A stretch of 61,925 nucleotides of DNA, filler included, from Coriobacteriales bacterium (GTDB taxonomy: Bacteria > Actinomycetota > Coriobacteriia > Coriobacteriales > UBA8131): assembly GCA_031263105.1 (NCBI GenBank). It is 6 parts of 6 records of this genome, joined end to end, with 100 filler letters (N's around TTAATTAATTAA, not from the genome) between each part and the next. Parts side by side here need not be neighbours in the genome. Positions count along the whole stretch, not along the records: positions 52,033 to 61,925 come from JAISGJ010000132.1; 5 more parts are not named here. The stretch is one strand, 5' to 3'. Position 1 is the stretch's first letter. Every line of letters begins with the position of its first letter. A program made the position numbers and the translations under genes. The notes beneath the pieces are model-generated. The model ran no database searches and was not told the origin of the DNA. It worked only from the letters and a program-made list of their open reading frames with translations. Below are positions 57,801-61,925 of this stretch, piece by piece.

Positions 57801-59255
57801 TCAGCCCGTGGCGCGGTAGGTGGCGCGGTCGGCGACGCGGACGTTGATGTAGGTGAGCTTGCCTTCGTGCGCGGCGAGCAGGGCCTTGATGACCTGCTCC
57901 TTCGCCTCGACGTCCTCGGCGGCGCCGAATGCGACCTCCACGTTGTTGGTGAGCGTGACCATGGTCTTGATGCGGTCGGGCGCAGAGACGAAGCGCACCA
58001 AGGAGAGCATGTCGGGGCTGAAGCCGTTGACGATGGCAAGCGCGTTGAGCACCCCCTCGTCGGTGGCGGCCTGCCCGACCTGGAAGGCGATGCCCGGGGA
58101 GGCCTCCCGGACGACGGGAAGCGCGGCCACCTCCGAGGCGGTCACCTGCACGTCCGCAAGCAGGCTCGCCCCGTTCTCGGGGCCGTCTGCGGAGACGCCC
58201 GCGCCGTCGGTTCCGAGGGCGACGCCCGCGCCGTCCGTGCTGCTGCCGCCGCCCGCGCCCTCGCCGTCGCTGCCGGTGCCCTCGCCGCCTTCGCCCTCGG
58301 CGCCGCTGCCGACACCCTCGCCCACGGTGCCGCCGTCGGCACCCTCGCCACCTCCGACGCCTTCGCCCGCGCCCTCGCCGCTGCCTTCGGCGCCCTCGCT
58401 CCCCGCGCCCCCGGTGCCCTCGCCTTCCTCGCCGCCCTGTCCTTGCGCGGCAGCATCCTCGGAGGGCGTCCCTGCGCTGAAGCTGCCGAGCCAGATGCCG
58501 TCCTTCGACAGCAGCCAGTCCTGGGCGGACGCGCCGCCTTGTTGGGAGGAGGGCTTTATCACGGCGGCCATCTGCCGTTCCGTCACGGTGAGCACCACCG
58601 TCGAGGGAAACGACCTGCGCACCTCCACGGAGGCGATCCACGGGTCCGACCCAAGGCGCTCGCGTATCCCCTCCGTGTCCAGGCGCAGCAGGGTGCTGCC
58701 TTCGGGGACGGCCGCCAGCTCCGTGAGGCGCTCGCTGCCCAGGCGCTGTGCGCCTTCGAGGCGCACCTCCTTGACCGCGAACAGCGGGGACTGGTAGACG
58801 AGGAAGGCCGCGACGGCGAGGATGGCGAGGACGGCGAAGGCGGCGAAGGCGCGGCCGGGCAGCCTCCGTTTGCGCCTCGCCATGTTCCGTTGCTGCTGCC
58901 GGTACTCGCGCACCGTCGTCCCCCGGACGGCCCCGCCTGCGCGCGCAGTGCGCCCCGTGCCCGTCCCGTCCGCCGAACGGTGGGCCCGGTCCGCAGGCCC
59001 GGAAGGCGCGTCGAGCACGCGCACGACCTTGTCGGAACGGTAGCGCGCGTACCGCATGCGCGGGTCGTCGCTGGCCGCCGGCGACGCGAGGTCCTCCTTC
59101 GCAGACTGGCGATAGACGACCTTGCTCCTGTTCGACGAGGATGCCGGACGCTTGGGGCGAGGACCCTGTGCGCCCCGCGACCCGCCCGGGGACACGCGTC
59201 CCCTGCTGTTACGAGAACCCGACGAACCGGATCTCGGGCTGTAGTTCGTGGCCAT
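57801..59255 (-). CDS. ftsQ: Cell division protein FtsQ/DivIB
   Basis: Basic N-terminus, TM, POTRA (SPLFAVKEVRLEG..DPWIASVEVRRSFPSTVVLTVTER), YINVRV. Confidence 0.88.
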   Translation of the reverse strand: MATNYSPRSGSSGSRNSRGRVSPGGSRGAQGPRPKRPASSSNRSKVVYRQSAKEDLASPAASDDPRMRYARYRSDKVVRVLDAPSGPADRAHRSADGTGTGRTARAGGAVRGTTVREYRQQQRNMARRKRRLPGRAFAAFAVLAILAVAAFLVYQSPLFAVKEVRLEGAQRLGSERLTELAAVPEGSTLLRLDTEGIRERLGSDPWIASVEVRRSFPSTVVLTVTERQMAAVIKPSSQQGGASAQDWLLSKDGIWLGSFSAGTPSEDAAAQGQGGEEGEGTGGAGSEGAEGSGEGAGEGVGGGEGADGGTVGEGVGSGAEGEGGEGTGSDGEGAGGGSSTDGAGVALGTDGAGVSADGPENGASLLADVQVTASEVAALPVVREASPGIAFQVGQAATDEGVLNALAIVNGFSPDMLSLVRFVSAPDRIKTMVTLTNNVEVAFGAAEDVEAKEQVIKALLAAHEGKLTYINVRVADRATYRATG

Positions 59256-60132
59256 ACTCCTCTTTCACACGTTTTCTGACATGCATGATTATAGCAACCA
59301 CGTCCGCAGCGGTCGCCGCGCCCTCGTTCACTATGAAGTTCGCATGCAGCTCGGAGACGCGCGCGCCGCCGACGGCATAGCCCTTGAGCCCCAGCGACTC
59401 GATGAGCTGGCCCGCCGAGGCGCCGGGCGGGTTGCGGAAGACGCTTCCGGCGCTGGGGACGGTGAGCGGCTGGGTGCTCCTGCGCCGTTTGAGGGACGCC
59501 TCCATCTTCGCACGAATCTGCCCGAGGTGCCCCTTGGCGACCTTGAGCCTGCCTTCGACGACGACCTCTCCCGCAGGGATGCCGCTGCGCCGGTAGCCCC
59601 ACGGCAGGTCGGACGCGCCGTAGCGCACCAGGCCCTCGCCGGGACGCAGCACGGTAAGGGACTCGACGATGCCGCCCATCCACTCCTCGGCCGAGCCGGC
59701 GTTCATGAACAATGCGCCCCCGAGGGTCCCCGGTATGCCGACCGAGAACTCGAGCCCTGCAAAGCCGCCCTTGAAGGCGCTCTGTGCGAGGTTGGAGAGG
59801 ATGACGCCGCCGCCTGCGACCAGCAGGCTCTCGCCCTCCTCCTCGTCAGGGAAGCTGAAGTGCTTGAAGTCGCTGCCCAAGGTCACGACGGCGCCTTTGA
59901 AGCCCTCGTCGCTGACCAGGAGGTTGCTGCCCTTGCCCGCGACGCACCACGGGAGCCCGTGGTCGGCGAACACCTCGAAGCAGCGGCCGACGTCGGAGAG
60001 GGATGCGCATTCGACGTAGAGCAGGGCCGGCCCCCCTATCCGATAGCTCGTGTGGCGCGCCATCGGCTCGTTGTAGAACACGGCCCCTTTGACGGCGCCC
60101 TCGAGGTCGCAGTAGGCGTCAAAGCCCGGCAT
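59209..60132 (-). CDS. murB: UDP-N-acetylenolpyruvoylglucosamine reductase
   Basis: HTSYRIGGPA, GKGSNLL, GIPGTLGGALFMNAG, SAGSVFRNP, HANFIVN, LQPEI. Confidence 0.95.
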   Translation of the reverse strand: MPGFDAYCDLEGAVKGAVFYNEPMARHTSYRIGGPALLYVECASLSDVGRCFEVFADHGLPWCVAGKGSNLLVSDEGFKGAVVTLGSDFKHFSFPDEEEGESLLVAGGGVILSNLAQSAFKGGFAGLEFSVGIPGTLGGALFMNAGSAEEWMGGIVESLTVLRPGEGLVRYGASDLPWGYRRSGIPAGEVVVEGRLKVAKGHLGQIRAKMEASLKRRRSTQPLTVPSAGSVFRNPPGASAGQLIESLGLKGYAVGGARVSELHANFIVNEGAATAADVVAIIMHVRKRVKEEYGHELQPEIRFVGFS

Positions 60133-61600
60133 CGCCGGCCTCCTGGGGGGCAGGGGCGGGGGCGGGGGCGGCGGGGGCAGGGACATCCTGGGGAGCGGCG
60201 GGGGCGGGGGCGGCCTCCAGCCGTTCGGCCTCCCGTTGCCGAAGCTCCTCGAGGACGAGCGGCGCGAGCACGGTCACATCCCCCGCCCCCATCGTGACGA
60301 CGAGGTCGCCCTGCGCCGCTGCGGCCGCCATGGCCGCAGGGACCTCGCTGCGACGGTGGATGACGCGGACCTCGACGGCCCCGTCGTGCGCGCGCAGGGC
60401 ATCGGCCATGGCATCGCTGTTGATGCCGGGAATCGGCGCCTCGCCGGCGGGATAGACCTCCATGAGGCTGACCGTGTCCGCATCGTCGAAGGCGCGGCCG
60501 AACTCCTCCATAAGCGCCTCGGTGCGCGTGTAGCGGTGCGGCTGGAACAGGACGTGCACCTTGCGGTGGCCCAGCGCACGTGCGGCCTTGAGCGTCGCGG
60601 CTATCTCGGTCGGGTGATGCCCGTAGTCGTCCACGACAGAGACCCCGTCGGCCACGCCGATACGGTCGAAGCGTCGGCGGACGCCGCTGAAGGCGCCCAG
60701 GGCGGCGGCGGCGGCGGCGGGCTCGAAGCCGAGCTCGTCAAGGGCCGTCATCACTGCGGTCGCGTTGAGCATGTTGTGGACGCCGTAGGAGACCGGGAGC
60801 CTGACGGAGCAGCGCCGGCCATCCTCGAAGACGACGTCGAAGTCCTGGATGCCCTTGGGCTCGCAGCGGACGGAGGGCGTGCCCTCGGTGCCGTAGCTGC
60901 GAACCTTCCGCCCGCTCTTCTCGGCAAGGGCGGCGAGGGCGGGGTCGCCGCCGCAGACGACCAACGTGCCTCCCGGCACCACCTTGCCGAGGAAGGAGGC
61001 GAAGGCCCCCTCGATCTCGTCGAGGCCGCCGTAATGGTCGAGGTGGTCGGCCTCTATGTTCGTGACGATGGCCAAGGACGGGTCGAGCCAGGTGAACGAG
61101 CCGTCGGACTCGTCGGCCTCCACGACGAAGAAAGGCCCCTTGCCCGTCCGCGCCGTGGAATCGTAGCCGTCGAGGACGCCGCCGATGAGGAAGGTGGGGT
61201 CGGCGCCGAGGCGGTCGAGGGCTGCGGCCAACATGGACGAGGTCGTGGTCTTCCCGTGCGTCCCGGCGACCGCCAGCGTCCGGTGGCCCTTGCTGAGATG
61301 GGCGAGCATGCGCGCCCTCGGCCATATCTCAAGGCCGCGCTCGACGGCGGCACGGTACTCGGGGTTCTTCTCGGGGACGGCCGCAGAGACCACGACGACG
61401 TCGATGGAGGGGTCTTCGACGTGCGAGGCGTCGTGGCCGACCGCGACCGACACGTCGGCCCTCAGAAGCGAACGCATGTACCGCGACTCCTTGAGGTCCG
61501 AGCCCGTCACCGCAAGGCCGCGCTCGTGCGCGACCAGGGCGATGCCGCTCATGCCGGAGCCGCCGATCCCGATGAAGTGCACCCGATGGATCTGGGACAC
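60119..61600 (-). CDS. murC: UDP-N-acetylmuramate--L-alanine ligase
   Basis: HFIGIGGSGMSG, AGTHGKTTT, EADESDGSF, DDYGHHPTEI, FQPHRYTRT. Confidence 0.97.
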   Translation of the reverse strand: MSQIHRVHFIGIGGSGMSGIALVAHERGLAVTGSDLKESRYMRSLLRADVSVAVGHDASHVEDPSIDVVVVSAAVPEKNPEYRAAVERGLEIWPRARMLAHLSKGHRTLAVAGTHGKTTTSSMLAAALDRLGADPTFLIGGVLDGYDSTARTGKGPFFVVEADESDGSFTWLDPSLAIVTNIEADHLDHYGGLDEIEGAFASFLGKVVPGGTLVVCGGDPALAALAEKSGRKVRSYGTEGTPSVRCEPKGIQDFDVVFEDGRRCSVRLPVSYGVHNMLNATAVMTALDELGFEPAAAAAALGAFSGVRRRFDRIGVADGVSVVDDYGHHPTEIAATLKAARALGHRKVHVLFQPHRYTRTEALMEEFGRAFDDADTVSLMEVYPAGEAPIPGINSDAMADALRAHDGAVEVRVIHRRSEVPAAMAAAAAQGDLVVTMGAGDVTVLAPLVLEELRQREAERLEAAPAPAAPQDVPAPAAPAPAPAPQEAGDAGL

Positions 61601-61711
61601 TGCCTCCTCCTTCTTACAAGAAAACCGTCACTTAAGAGACTCCCATGGTACCCCATCCCCGTCCCCCGCGCGACAGGCGCATGCCGGGCACGGGCGCACG
61701 GGACGGGGCGA

Positions 61712-61925
61712 GTTACTGTTCACACCCTCACTGTCATTCCGAGCCCCCCACTGTCATTCCGAGCCCCCCACTGTCATTCCGAGCCCCCCACTGTCATTCC
61801 GAGCCCCCCACTGTCATTCCGAGCCCCGCCGAGGAATCTTTGGACACGCAGTGTCCAACGGCAGGCCAGGGGGCCCTTCGACCTGCGGTCGACCGCTTGC
61901 GCGGTCGAAGATCCCTCGGCAGGCT
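61712..61925. mobile_element. Nested palindromic element, core type C inverted, five tandem 20-bp subunits; truncated by window end
   Basis: GTTACTGTTCACACCCT, then (CACTGTCATTCCGAGCCCCC) x5; the core is approximately the reverse complement of the 57554 core. Confidence 0.85.

Noticed and set aside
61729..61830. CRISPR-like repeat array
   Set aside because: The 20-bp units are contiguous with no unique spacers and there are no cas genes.

Overview
High-GC bacterial DNA. The gene content (no RF2 frameshift, ATA-start infC, split transketolase, ECF/DUF4430 B12 locus) suggests a Coriobacteriia-like actinobacterium; this is an inference. The window is six contigs joined by artificial 100-nt N/TTAATTAATTAA linkers, so synteny across the linkers is not real. 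Most genes are housekeeping or transport: typA, CadA/ArsR, rnr, ctpA, ftsEX, transketolase, prfB, secA, ppx, divIC, hpf, amino-acid ABC, modABC, infC-rpmI-rplT, murC-murB-ftsQ. The accessory loci are a sortase-anchored pilin-like giant protein with an NlpC/P60-like tip plus a BTAD regulator, a cobalamin-riboswitch-controlled surface-protein/ECF operon, a V4R + diguanylate cyclase pair, and a toxin-antitoxin cluster bracketed by a 57-bp direct repeat. The strongest unexplained signal is a non-coding, nested palindromic element with about 9 copies in 62 kb. It has outer inverted ends (GTTACTGTTCACACCC), variable tandem 18-20-bp subunits, a conserved ~29-bp inner inverted repeat and interchangeable hairpin cores. 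Complete copies have flanking direct repeats, and no cognate transposase is present in the window.
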